Below are positions 41,481-50,722 of a DNA stretch of 64,000 nt, one piece after another (position 1 is the first letter of the stretch; each line of letters begins with the position of its first letter). The stretch lies in the sequence record NC_070992.1. One strand, written 5' to 3'. The DNA is from Escherichia phage Paul. The position numbers and the translations under genes were made by a program. Below the pieces are notes generated by a model that had not been told where the DNA came from, did no database searches, and worked only from the letters and a program-made list of their open reading frames with translations.

Positions 41481-43511
41481 TTAACCTCTATTCAATGAAC
41501 ATTTAGGAGAATTACAATAAACTTGATTCATAGAACCAAGCGTACAACTTTCAGCATCGCGCCACGGAATCTGCTTAAAACACTCTGAGCAGTATCCGAG
41601 GGTTGACCACATGGCTTTGGTGAAGTCAGTGCTTCGGTTTCCGTCAAAGCTGACAACAGTTTTGCGGAGAGCTGTTCGTGATTCAGGAAACACACCTGCT
41701 TTCTCAGCAGGTTCCTCCTTTTTTGGCTTAGTTGAGATTGCAAAAATACTGTTGCTACGTTTCTCAACATAAGCATCAACAACATCCTCCAGAGTGATGC
41801 CTGTCTGTTTCGCTGAGGAAGGTAATACAGTCATACGACCGATCATATCTTCAGTTACACGTAAAGCAAATTCAGGACGACGGGCGTTTGTTGTATCTGT
41901 TGCTTTAATCCAGATATAACCATCTTTGATCGTAGCATTAGATACTTTCTTCTTTACTTCTACAGCGCAGACTTTACAGATATCTTCACCACGAAGACGA
42001 CTGAGTTCTTCATCAAACTCATTCTCTGTTTTAACTTCACCACAGATTTCACAAACACCAATAGGAGTCTCCTCCTCTTCTTCCTCTTTAGGTTTAGTCA
42101 AACCTTCCAGACATTCAGGATGCCAGTAGCACTGATATGCGAAGACTGCTTTAGGTGCATCCTTCCAATCAATGTGTTTGTCACAACCGCCACAATCACC
42201 ATGAGAATGTGCTTCCCAGAATTTACGAGTGATAGTAACGCCATTCTTGTTAACGAAACTATCATTCATATCAAAAGGGATATCATCATCGAAGTCAGCA
42301 GTAGTTGACTCAGGCTCCTTTTTCTCCAGAGATGGGTCAACAAAACGACCTGCTGTGATCACTAAACGAACCATAGCATTAACTTCGGAGATGCAGGATA
42401 CTGTTCCACGGTAAACAATTTTAGGGTCTTTCAGTGCATCCTGATAAGCCTTAATGTCTACGTTATGAACATCACCTTCGATATACTCTTGAGACTTCTC
42501 ATCGTAGATATAACCAATCATCTTACCACGAGAAGGAACAGCACCAGCAGTTGCATAAGGAACAAACTCATGTGGTGTGATTTCCACAGTCATGTCGCGG
42601 CGAATGTCAATGTTTCGATCGCTTGCGATTTTGTTTTGACTTACTACTGCGTTTCTTCGACGAACGTCTGCCGCTGTCACTCCCGGCTTCGTGTCGTAAG
42701 GATTGCTTGTACTGCTTTTTGAGGAACTTTGATAATTGCTTTGGCTGTAGTTGTTCGAGTAGTAACTGCCCCAACGATTGACTACCGTAAAAACCGGAAG
42801 CTCGTGGGCGACCTCTTCAACCAGTGTCATGCTATTGTTTGACATGTCAAAGATATACTCTGTACCAACTTTACATTCAAAATGCTCATCAATACGGTTC
42901 TTGTGAGACTTAGAACGCTTCAGAATCCACATCAACATATCTTCTTCAGAAGCACCAAACCAATCTCTGTTACAACGTGCGAGATGGAAAGGACGCTCTT
43001 CATTACGGATGATATGAAGGCGGTTATCAGAAGCGTCATGCCAGATTAAGGTGAAGGCACCATCCAGCTTTTGAATGGTCTCTGCTGCACCAATAGTGTT
43101 AATAGAATGGCAGATGTTCTCACTGTCTACCTCGAAGTTTTTACTGTCAGGTAACAGATCTTGGTCCATCAAGGTTCCGTTATGAACCAGAGTGATGTTA
43201 CCATGTTGGAAAGGATGGGCGTTCTTGGCGTTAACTGCACCTTTCGTTGCATGACGGCTGTGACCAACAATCCATGAAGGTGCTACAGTGTAAGCTGTTT
43301 CACCAGTGGTGTGTTTCTTGTACTCATCTTGAAGGATGAATGCGAAAGAAGGAAGTGCTTCTTTATAAGTGAAGACCTCTTTAGTGCTCTTACGCTGACC
43401 AAAGATACCAGAGGAATGCTGTCCTCGGAATACTCCAGCATAAAAGAGTTGGTTAAATACGTCTAAATCAGTGCTTGACAGATTACCGCCAGCTAATACG
43501 ATGCCACAAAT
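41481..43511 (-). CDS. class II (Ntn) glutamine amidotransferase with Cys-rich zinc-ribbon C-terminal region; apparent AUU start
   Basis: Track ORF 41481..43172 extends in frame upstream to stop-AAA-ATT-TGT; encoded N-terminus CGIVLAGG...RGQHSSGI...GHSRHATKG...HPF...HNG is a canonical Ntn amidotransferase; C-terminus has several CxxC pairs. Confidence 0.7.
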   Translation of the reverse strand: MCGIVLAGGNLSSTDLDVFNQLFYAGVFRGQHSSGIFGQRKSTKEVFTYKEALPSFAFILQDEYKKHTTGETAYTVAPSWIVGHSRHATKGAVNAKNAHPFQHGNITLVHNGTLMDQDLLPDSKNFEVDSENICHSINTIGAAETIQKLDGAFTLIWHDASDNRLHIIRNEERPFHLARCNRDWFGASEEDMLMWILKRSKSHKNRIDEHFECKVGTEYIFDMSNNSMTLVEEVAHELPVFTVVNRWGSYYSNNYSQSNYQSSSKSSTSNPYDTKPGVTAADVRRRNAVVSQNKIASDRNIDIRRDMTVEITPHEFVPYATAGAVPSRGKMIGYIYDEKSQEYIEGDVHNVDIKAYQDALKDPKIVYRGTVSCISEVNAMVRLVITAGRFVDPSLEKKEPESTTADFDDDIPFDMNDSFVNKNGVTITRKFWEAHSHGDCGGCDKHIDWKDAPKAVFAYQCYWHPECLEGLTKPKEEEEEETPIGVCEICGEVKTENEFDEELSRLRGEDICKVCAVEVKKKVSNATIKDGYIWIKATDTTNARRPEFALRVTEDMIGRMTVLPSSAKQTGITLEDVVDAYVEKRSNSIFAISTKPKKEEPAEKAGVFPESRTALRKTVVSFDGNRSTDFTKAMWSTLGYCSECFKQIPWRDAESCTLGSMNQVYCNSPKCSLNRG

Positions 43512-43590
43512 TTTCTAATCCACCTGAAGGGTAAACCCTTTCATCTAATTAACCTTTAAATTGTGCCCCTTTGCCAGAGGCACCCATTGA

Positions 43591-44694
43591 TTACAGCGCT
43601 TGCTCTAACTGATGTTCCAGATGATCTGGAATGTACCCTGTGATGTTATTATCACTGTGACCTGACTCACGAAGCAAGTCAAAAATAGCACGGATACGTT
43701 GTTCTGGTGCAGATCGTACTTGAGACAAGTCAGTTGTACGAAGCATAACCAGAATCTCTTGATATAAGTTGTTAGCGTTCCCTCGTACATATCCAAGGAA
43801 TCCATAGAAGTCTGAGATAAGACGTAAGTCAACAAGAACCTCTCCGTTGGAGTTGGTTCGACGTAAACGAATACGACCAGACTGTTCTACTTCATGAGAA
43901 CGACAATACAAAACATCACGGGCCATACAATACCCTGAATGCAAATCCGATTCGTCCAGATTGTAATCCAGAGGAAGGTAAGGAAGCATTGGGGCAAATC
44001 GTACAGTATTTAAATGCTCAATAAACTGATCATTGCTCATCTCTGCGTTATCTAAAGCCAGTTTCTTCAACATCAAGAAGCGGTTAACCAGATTGAGAAG
44101 TTGACCACGTTTCCACTTAGGCTCACTGATACGGAACTCAATTGAACCATATTGTGCAAGTGGCAGAAGGTTCAGGGATGTATACTTATCCCATGAACGA
44201 ACCAGACGATTGAAGAACTCTTCATCGTCGTAGTTAAATGCGTCAGAGGCATTCATTACCTGTGCTTGTACCACTGCAAAAGCAGGGCAGAAGTTGCTAC
44301 GGTAACGATGATAGCCTGAACACTTGAACAACATCTTTTCATAGAAGGTCCAAGCGAGAATGGTTTTCTTGAGGATATTACTATCAGCATCCCTCATATC
44401 CATATGAACGTGAGTAGAGCAACGCCAAGTCCCCTCGGCGTGCGATTCAGCTACTGCTTCACTCAGGTTGTTGATAGCGTCTAACAACTCCTGTCCGTTG
44501 TAAGGCCGTGAACATACCATTTCACAACCATTACGCAGGGAACCATCCTCTGTACAATCCCACATATCTGCTTCGATATGGTCGGAGCCTTCGAGTTCTA
44601 GTTCGATACCGACACCGCACTGAAGTGCAATTGAACTATGCGCCTCAGTTAAACGACCTTCTCGATATCCAAAAGTTTGCGCTACAGTTGTCAT
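43591..44694 (-). CDS. amidoligase (GCS2-like carboxylate-amine ligase, phage amidoligase family)
   Basis: GVGIELELEG...DGSLRNGCEMVS...STHVHMD matches the amidoligase signature. Confidence 0.65.
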   Translation of the reverse strand: MTTVAQTFGYREGRLTEAHSSIALQCGVGIELELEGSDHIEADMWDCTEDGSLRNGCEMVCSRPYNGQELLDAINNLSEAVAESHAEGTWRCSTHVHMDMRDADSNILKKTILAWTFYEKMLFKCSGYHRYRSNFCPAFAVVQAQVMNASDAFNYDDEEFFNRLVRSWDKYTSLNLLPLAQYGSIEFRISEPKWKRGQLLNLVNRFLMLKKLALDNAEMSNDQFIEHLNTVRFAPMLPYLPLDYNLDESDLHSGYCMARDVLYCRSHEVEQSGRIRLRRTNSNGEVLVDLRLISDFYGFLGYVRGNANNLYQEILVMLRTTDLSQVRSAPEQRIRAIFDLLRESGHSDNNITGYIPDHLEHQLEQAL

Positions 44695-45308
44695 AACGAA
44701 TCCACCAACGTAATATTGTAATTGCTAAGGTTTTCAGAAATGTGATGAAAGTGTTCCAGAAGTCGCATCGGTTGCTGACCGTAAGAGTCACGAGGTGCTT
44801 CCAGATCTACTTGTCCTACCAGTGCACCTTTATAGTGCACCTTACCATCCGTAGGGTTGATGTAAATATAACGAGTAACCAATCCTTCGAATTCAGGATT
44901 GAACAGACTGTAAACCATCTCTCCAGAGATAGCACGACCAACACCCGGAGCATTTCGAATCTTATTACCCATTAAGCCCTTTGCTCTCTGGCGAACAGGG
45001 TTAATATGAGTCCAGCTTACAGTGTTACCGTTATGGAACAGATAACCAACGTCAGGTGATTCAAGAATTAAGGTTGGGTCGAACACTGGAATATTCATCG
45101 TAGTGTTTCGAAGATTCCCTTGCTCATTCTTGTACCACTGCTCTACAACAAAGTACAGAGCCTGTTCTGCTTCGTGAGAGAAGTCATCACTGCGGAAGTT
45201 ACCGCTCTGCTCAACACCAATCACAAAACATGGAAGGTTGATACTACCTGCTCGTTTAGCAATCCATGTACCATTATAGTAATGAGAAAAATCAGCTACT
45301 AAGCTCAC
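44691..45308 (-). CDS. hypothetical protein (accessory cluster)
   Basis: 205-aa ORF coupled to the amidoligase gene; no motif recognised. Confidence 0.4.
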   Translation of the reverse strand: MSLVADFSHYYNGTWIAKRAGSINLPCFVIGVEQSGNFRSDDFSHEAEQALYFVVEQWYKNEQGNLRNTTMNIPVFDPTLILESPDVGYLFHNGNTVSWTHINPVRQRAKGLMGNKIRNAPGVGRAISGEMVYSLFNPEFEGLVTRYIYINPTDGKVHYKGALVGQVDLEAPRDSYGQQPMRLLEHFHHISENLSNYNITLVDSL

Positions 45309-45317
45309 GATAACCTC

Positions 45318-46124
45318 TTATGCTACCTGAAGGAGTTTGATCTGCTGGTCCGCTTCTTTAACGTTGTTGCCGTTAATGATTTCATGAAGCTTCTCAATCG
45401 GAAGGCGAGAGTGTAATGCCATCAGAGTGGACATATCGCACTGCTGAACAACCTTGTCAACCTGATCGTAAACAAACTTACGGTTTTCACGATCACTAAT
45501 CCAGAAGTTAGACAGTGAACGGTATTCAATACCATAGTCTTTATAACGGATTGCAGATGCTTTGCCATAGAGTTCTTTACGGCGAGTATCTTTGTCCATA
45601 ATAACTGCTGGAAGTGACAGGAAGTAATCACACAGCACACCCAACATCATCTGAGTTTGCAGAGTGATATCCAAAGCACCAACCACACCAAGATGTACGT
45701 GACCACCGGCAGTACGAAGTCCCTTATTCTGAGAAGTCGGGGATGGATTCTTCTGACCAGTGAAGGCGTTGAAATCAGGAGTGCACCCGAAGATGAACGC
45801 TGATTCGTTGAAAGTTTTCATCTCTTCTTCAGTGAAGATGTGAGAGCTAACACCCGGAGCAGTTTCCATGTCCAGTTTGTTCAGGACATTATTGGTGAGA
45901 TCGATACCACGTTGCATGTTATCGTTAAACGCTTCAAAACCGCTCTGTGGGTCAATATCAAACTCAGCCAGTACGTTGTCCTCTTGAAGACGAACATCCT
46001 TAGCCAGGGTGATCTTATCGTCCTTAGAACAGCCTAACAGACCAGCCACAGAAGTGATGATGCCATTGCTGGTACGAACAAACATTTCAGGATCAGAGCC
46101 GATAAGGAATTTGCGCTTAGTCAT
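45318..46124 (-). CDS. hypothetical protein (accessory cluster)
   Basis: 268 aa; KFLIGSDPEMFV and GGHVHLGV are faintly reminiscent of a second divergent amidoligase; not assignable by eye. Confidence 0.4.
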   Translation of the reverse strand: MTKRKFLIGSDPEMFVRTSNGIITSVAGLLGCSKDDKITLAKDVRLQEDNVLAEFDIDPQSGFEAFNDNMQRGIDLTNNVLNKLDMETAPGVSSHIFTEEEMKTFNESAFIFGCTPDFNAFTGQKNPSPTSQNKGLRTAGGHVHLGVVGALDITLQTQMMLGVLCDYFLSLPAVIMDKDTRRKELYGKASAIRYKDYGIEYRSLSNFWISDRENRKFVYDQVDKVVQQCDMSTLMALHSRLPIEKLHEIINGNNVKEADQQIKLLQVA

Positions 46125-47088
46125 TGTAATACTCCACTAGTTCAGAAAAGAGAGATGAGATTGTGTTACCAACTTCTTCAGTAGTAAGGCCAGAACTTGG
46201 GCCAGTACGTTGAATTAGTCGGGCTGTAAAGTTTTGTACTATAATGTTTTCCAACTTATTGTCTATTGCTTCACGTTTGTGACCATGACAGTTGGACCAG
46301 AGTCTTAACCACTCTGACATTGTTTCATACTCGTCCGGGTCTTGATCTTTAGCACGAGCAAATCTTCGTAAGGCATCTTGGTTATGGTTGCGAACATAAC
46401 CGTCCTTGTTGTCACCAACACCGAAGGGGTTTTGAACCCATACTTGTTTCGTGTATTCATCAGAGTCTACAACCAAAGGAAGGAATGCTGCTGCTGACAT
46501 ATTGTTGTTAACAACAATAGAGGTGCTCTCGCTACTCCCATTGGCTCTTCCTCGTTGAGACCACCCACCGAAGAAGTCACGACCCAACCCAGCTAACACT
46601 AGAGCGATTCCGATGCGTTTACGCTTCAGCCACTCTTCCCTGTCTTCAATTCCTTCTGCTAGGAAATCCATTCCACGATACTGCCCTTCCAGAATACTGC
46701 GGAAAAGCATAAGTCCTGTGAAGATTTGATCTGCTGGATGCTCACGGAGGTTGACAGCAACACTATTCGCTGAAGTGATCGTAAATACATCACGATAGCA
46801 AGACATAGAGTTCATAATGTCTGCTGTTTCAACCAAGTTCTTTTCAATATCAGATGAAACATGACCGTGAAAAGAGTGAGTCCAGTAATTCAACATCTCC
46901 AGTTGCAAGTTGATATCACGGTTGAAACGTCTATAACGTCCTTCTTCCGTGATAACTTCGCCATCAATATCATTTACGCATTGGCCTTGCATGTAGTTGT
47001 GAATACCGAAGCACCCACGACCTAAGAACTTCTGTTCCCCTAAATCTTGTTGAAGATTCAGAGGTACGATCGTTGTGGAGATTGACAT
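46117..47088 (-). CDS. hypothetical protein (accessory cluster)
   Basis: 323-aa ORF; no recognised motif. Confidence 0.4.
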   Translation of the reverse strand: MSISTTIVPLNLQQDLGEQKFLGRGCFGIHNYMQGQCVNDIDGEVITEEGRYRRFNRDINLQLEMLNYWTHSFHGHVSSDIEKNLVETADIMNSMSCYRDVFTITSANSVAVNLREHPADQIFTGLMLFRSILEGQYRGMDFLAEGIEDREEWLKRKRIGIALVLAGLGRDFFGGWSQRGRANGSSESTSIVVNNNMSAAAFLPLVVDSDEYTKQVWVQNPFGVGDNKDGYVRNHNQDALRRFARAKDQDPDEYETMSEWLRLWSNCHGHKREAIDNKLENIIVQNFTARLIQRTGPSSGLTTEEVGNTISSLFSELVEYYND

Positions 47089-47098
47089 AACTAACCTT

Positions 47099-48292
47099 TT
47101 ATTTTCCTAAAAATAATCCGCTCATAACACCATCCCACTCAGAGGATGGAATCACTGAATACTCCGAACTTTGGTCCAGAATCCCACTACTAAATCGCTG
47201 AACAATGTTGTAGATGTTGAACAGGTCTTTAGCCTCGGCACGAATGCCGTAGATTAGCCTGTTAGCTGTTTTCTCATTTTTAGACACGCGACGGGTAAAG
47301 TTAACCAAAAGATTGTCACCTTTAAGTATCTCTGACCCATCTTTTACTAGATCGGGGTGCATCACTGGCAAGAACATTGAGTTGTTAACTCGCAATTCTG
47401 CTGTTTCATCGTTCTCATAATGAATCCACTTAAAGTCTTCATCACGGAAGTGACCACATCCATCTCTGTACGACTGCTGACGCCAAGGCACTTGAAATGC
47501 TTCAGCGTATTTATCAGCCATACCTACTGTAAACAGCGACGCTGGGAAGATACAAGCATCCCAATCATTACCAACCAGAGTTGCTTTCGTTTCGCCCAAG
47601 AGGTTAGTGTAAGTGCTAACCATTCGTGAGTAAACATAAGCCTGAAGGATTGTCCAGCCTTCAACCAACCATTTATGAAGGAAGGTTTCAACTTGACTCT
47701 CTTCATCTTCGCAATAGAAGGTTCGATCTAACATCAAATAGAACAGACAACGATCAGCAGGAACATTCTCAGTTGCTACCCCCATAAAACCTTTCTCGTG
47801 CCAGCGTAAACAGGAGGGACGATCTTTGTCCACAAATGCTTCCATAGCTTCCAGTACAGCACGAGGTGTGGTTCGATGCTCAGGGTTTTTGTCATTCCAA
47901 CGTTCAATGTTGTTTTTAAGCTCGCCTTCGTAATCAATAGCACCCCAACCTAAAGCTGCGGATACAGGTTTTTCATCACGCCAACGTCTAAAACCTAACA
48001 TCTTCATGTGAGTTCCGGAGTTCCAGATATGCTTGATTTTACACATATCCATTTCTCGACTTAACAGGAACTCTTCCCCATCAGCACTACGAACGTTAGC
48101 TTCTTCATGCCACACTCGAACGTGCATATTCCACCCATGAGTTGCCTCATACATGTTAGGGTCGAAGTATTCATCTTCGTCATCATCCTCATCAACGCCA
48201 CCGTTATAGTTGCGAAGCTGAAGGAACCCATAACAAGGAGGGTTGACCGTTAAAACATTACCTTCAGTATCTTCTAATGTTACTGGAAACAT
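47099..48292 (-). CDS. hypothetical protein (accessory cluster)
   Basis: 397-aa ORF; acidic stretch DEDDDEDE; no recognised motif. Confidence 0.4.
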   Translation of the reverse strand: MFPVTLEDTEGNVLTVNPPCYGFLQLRNYNGGVDEDDDEDEYFDPNMYEATHGWNMHVRVWHEEANVRSADGEEFLLSREMDMCKIKHIWNSGTHMKMLGFRRWRDEKPVSAALGWGAIDYEGELKNNIERWNDKNPEHRTTPRAVLEAMEAFVDKDRPSCLRWHEKGFMGVATENVPADRCLFYLMLDRTFYCEDEESQVETFLHKWLVEGWTILQAYVYSRMVSTYTNLLGETKATLVGNDWDACIFPASLFTVGMADKYAEAFQVPWRQQSYRDGCGHFRDEDFKWIHYENDETAELRVNNSMFLPVMHPDLVKDGSEILKGDNLLVNFTRRVSKNEKTANRLIYGIRAEAKDLFNIYNIVQRFSSGILDQSSEYSVIPSSEWDGVMSGLFLGK

Positions 48293-48303
48293 TATACCAA
48301 CCT

Positions 48304-48666
48304 CTATTGGTTTTTAATCAACTCAATCGACTTACGGATATAAAGAATATCTCGGAAGTTTCTGTAGTTGTTCATAAATTGGTGCTTCTGGAAAGTAGCT
48401 TCTTCCAGAGCTTTCTTTGCTTCTGCGTAGTTTTTACGGGCAAGATGTACAACCCGCTCTGGTAACACATTTGCATGACGGATGACATACTTGTGAGCTT
48501 TCATGTTGCTTTGCTCACGAGTAATCTTACCTTTAGCAACTTTGATACCATTTGCAATCCAAGCAAGTTCTTGCTCAAGCTCATCGTTGGACATTCCACC
48601 GAGATTTGATGCAACCTTGTTCAGAGTTTCAATATTAACGTTGCCCTTAATGGGACGTGTATTCAT
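48304..48666 (-). CDS. hypothetical protein
   Basis: 120-aa ORF. Confidence 0.35.
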   Translation of the reverse strand: MNTRPIKGNVNIETLNKVASNLGGMSNDELEQELAWIANGIKVAKGKITREQSNMKAHKYVIRHANVLPERVVHLARKNYAEAKKALEEATFQKHQFMNNYRNFRDILYIRKSIELIKNQ

Positions 48667-48837
48667 ACTTACTCCTGTTGTTTACACTCGTCAATAACCC
48701 ACTGATAAGTGGATTGCCCAGAAAAGAAACACTGAATAAATCCAGATGTTCTCTGCGTTACCAGTGCTAGTGCACAAACCACTACCGCTGCTGCTAGCAG
48801 TTTTAAATCTAATTTAGACATATTCCCTCTCATTGAA

Positions 48838-48868
48838 TTTAAAAAAGGACTCTCCGAAAAGAGCCAAG
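48838..48868 (-). terminator. putative intrinsic terminator (minus strand)
   Basis: Minus-strand hairpin GGCTC-TTTTCG-GAGAGTCC followed by TTTTTT. Confidence 0.5.
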
Positions 48869-49056
48869 CTTTAAATCCAAAAAGATATTACCCAATACCT
48901 GTGGATAACCTGCTCTTAAAATATCTATCCGACGGATGTTTGAGGAACACTCCTCGCCCTAGCATCGGCCCCATACGGGAAATATATTAAGATTAGGTTA
49001 GTTGAGTCAGAATAACTCACATAGCCCTCCGAAGAAGGCTATAGGCGTTACTACAA

Positions 49057-49272
49057 CTAAAAATCACTTGATTTTACAAAACCATCACTAAGGATTTCGT
49101 CAATTTCTTTGTTAGTCAAGTCTTTCCTGAACCAACAACAAGGTACATCCACCCATTGACCAGAGTTGTTTTCTACAGAGCATCTATTGCCTGTCTTACT
49201 CTTGCACTTATAGGTTTTACCTTTGTCTAGACGGTAGTGTATTCTGTAAACGATCGACACAAGTGTTATCAT
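49057..49272 (-). CDS. hypothetical protein
   Basis: 71-aa ORF, Cys-containing. Confidence 0.3.
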   Translation of the reverse strand: MITLVSIVYRIHYRLDKGKTYKCKSKTGNRCSVENNSGQWVDVPCCWFRKDLTNKEIDEILSDGFVKSSDF

Positions 49273-49505
49273 TACTCGCCTTTCTTAGCACGATCTTTGG
49301 CAGTTTTGCCAGTGCGGATGCGATGGGAAACGTTAACCAGAGTGCCACCATCAACTACGGTAACGCTCTTGTTTTTAGCCAGATCGAACACAGTTTTCTC
49401 CGTGCCACCCAAGCGAATTTGCTTAGGTTCACTGAAGGTTTGGGTTGATTTGGATTGGAACTGAAAAGGTTGACGGATTGCATCAATTGCACTTACTTTA
49501 GACAT
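49272..49505 (-). CDS. hypothetical protein
   Basis: 77-aa ORF. Confidence 0.3.
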   Translation of the reverse strand: MSKVSAIDAIRQPFQFQSKSTQTFSEPKQIRLGGTEKTVFDLAKNKSVTVVDGGTLVNVSHRIRTGKTAKDRAKKGE

Positions 49506-49738
49506 AGGGGAAATTCCTTAAAAAGTCATGGCTGCGTAGAGGGAATTCCCTACGCAAATCGGGCCGCCCACAGAGAGGCGTCATAGTACTAAAAGGAGGA
49601 GAGAAGAGGGCTTATTTAACTACCTTTTTCTGTCCGTTTACAAACCAGATAATCGAACCGTCAGGCTGTCGTTGACCGAAGCCTTTCTGGTTGATCATAT
49701 CATCATAAGAATATGCTTTTGTTTTCACTTACTTACCC

Positions 49739-49984
49739 TTACATCGGAGTTAAGATGATCTCTGCTTTGGCAAACTTCTCACCAACTTCGAGAGTATCAG
49801 CAACAGGACGAGGTACACCAGTACCCAAACAAACAGCCCTTCGATACCCACCAGATACAGTCATCATCAAATAAATGACCTGATTATCATCTTCTTTTAA
49901 AGTGAAGATATCAGCGATCGCTAGATCTTTGACAAAGAGTTTCTTTTCTTCTTTGTGACGGACCTTGATATGTATTGTGCTCAT
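49739..49984 (-). CDS. small-protein family B member (divergent)
   Basis: 81 aa; shares size and the late V.PV / hydrophobic beta-like pattern with the family. Confidence 0.35.
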   Translation of the reverse strand: MSTIHIKVRHKEEKKLFVKDLAIADIFTLKEDDNQVIYLMMTVSGGYRRAVCLGTGVPRPVADTLEVGEKFAKAEIILTPM

Positions 49985-49986
49985 AC

Positions 49987-50232
49987 CTACTCCTGAACCA
50001 CAGACATACGAATCATCTCTACCTGATCATCAAGACTTTTAACAGATAGTACACCTGTGAAAAGGTTTACCACAGGAACCCAACCACTGGCTATACGGAT
50101 GTTACCAGAAGCATTTTCAACCCTCATATAATACTGAGGAGAGGCACTTCCGATCTGAACCACGAAAGGGTTTCCGGGAATGATTGTTTCCAATCGTACC
50201 GTATTATCCTTTTTCTTTGGGATGATTTTCAT
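49987..50232 (-). CDS. small-protein family B member
   Basis: MKIIPKKKDNTVRLETIIPGNPF...VPVVNL; tandem paralog. Confidence 0.4.
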   Translation of the reverse strand: MKIIPKKKDNTVRLETIIPGNPFVVQIGSASPQYYMRVENASGNIRIASGWVPVVNLFTGVLSVKSLDDQVEMIRMSVVQE

Positions 50233-50471
50233 TAGACACTACTCACTAAAAGTTCGGCTGATACAGGGACAACTTGGCACGTAGAATCTGGTGCTGTTAC
50301 AAGTCCGTCATGTAGACGAAGGGCTAGGGTACGTCCACTATTTACGGATACATTGGGTGTGCCGTGAACAAAACCTTTAACATAAAGTGTATCACTATCT
50401 GGATGCGTAAACACTGCCCCAGATTCTAAGGACTCGAGTCGGACACGATCAACCCTCTTTGTAATCTTCAT
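50232..50471 (-). CDS. small-protein family B member
   Basis: MKITKRVDRVRLESLESGAVF...LRLHDG...VVPV; tandem paralog. Confidence 0.4.
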   Translation of the reverse strand: MKITKRVDRVRLESLESGAVFTHPDSDTLYVKGFVHGTPNVSVNSGRTLALRLHDGLVTAPDSTCQVVPVSAELLVSSV

Positions 50472-50722
50472 TTCGAACCCTTAATAACGTTAGCTTCAAC
50501 TTTGACAGGGATGACAGAGATGCCTTCAACCGGACCGCTCAGACTACCATCTTCCAGTCTTACGCACACAACTCTATCTCGTGCAACTTCCACCCAATTG
50601 GTAGACGCCGCAGTACAGACCATATGGATTGGGCCGTTCTCTTCTTTACGGAAGGTGTCACCATTCTTCAGAGTGTGGAGTTTCGCAGTTTTGATAGTTT
50701 TATTTAACTCATTAACTTTCAT
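50468..50722 (-). CDS. small-protein family B member
   Basis: MKVNELNKTIKTAKLHTLKNGDTF...VRLEDG...VIPV; tandem paralog. Confidence 0.4.
   Translation of the reverse strand: MKVNELNKTIKTAKLHTLKNGDTFRKEENGPIHMVCTAASTNWVEVARDRVVCVRLEDGSLSGPVEGISVIPVKVEANVIKGSK

Noticed and set aside
45318-46124. Second amidoligase paralog
   Set aside because: Only faint resemblance (GSDPE, GGHVHLG) to the amidoligase signature; not enough to call without a profile search, so left as hypothetical.
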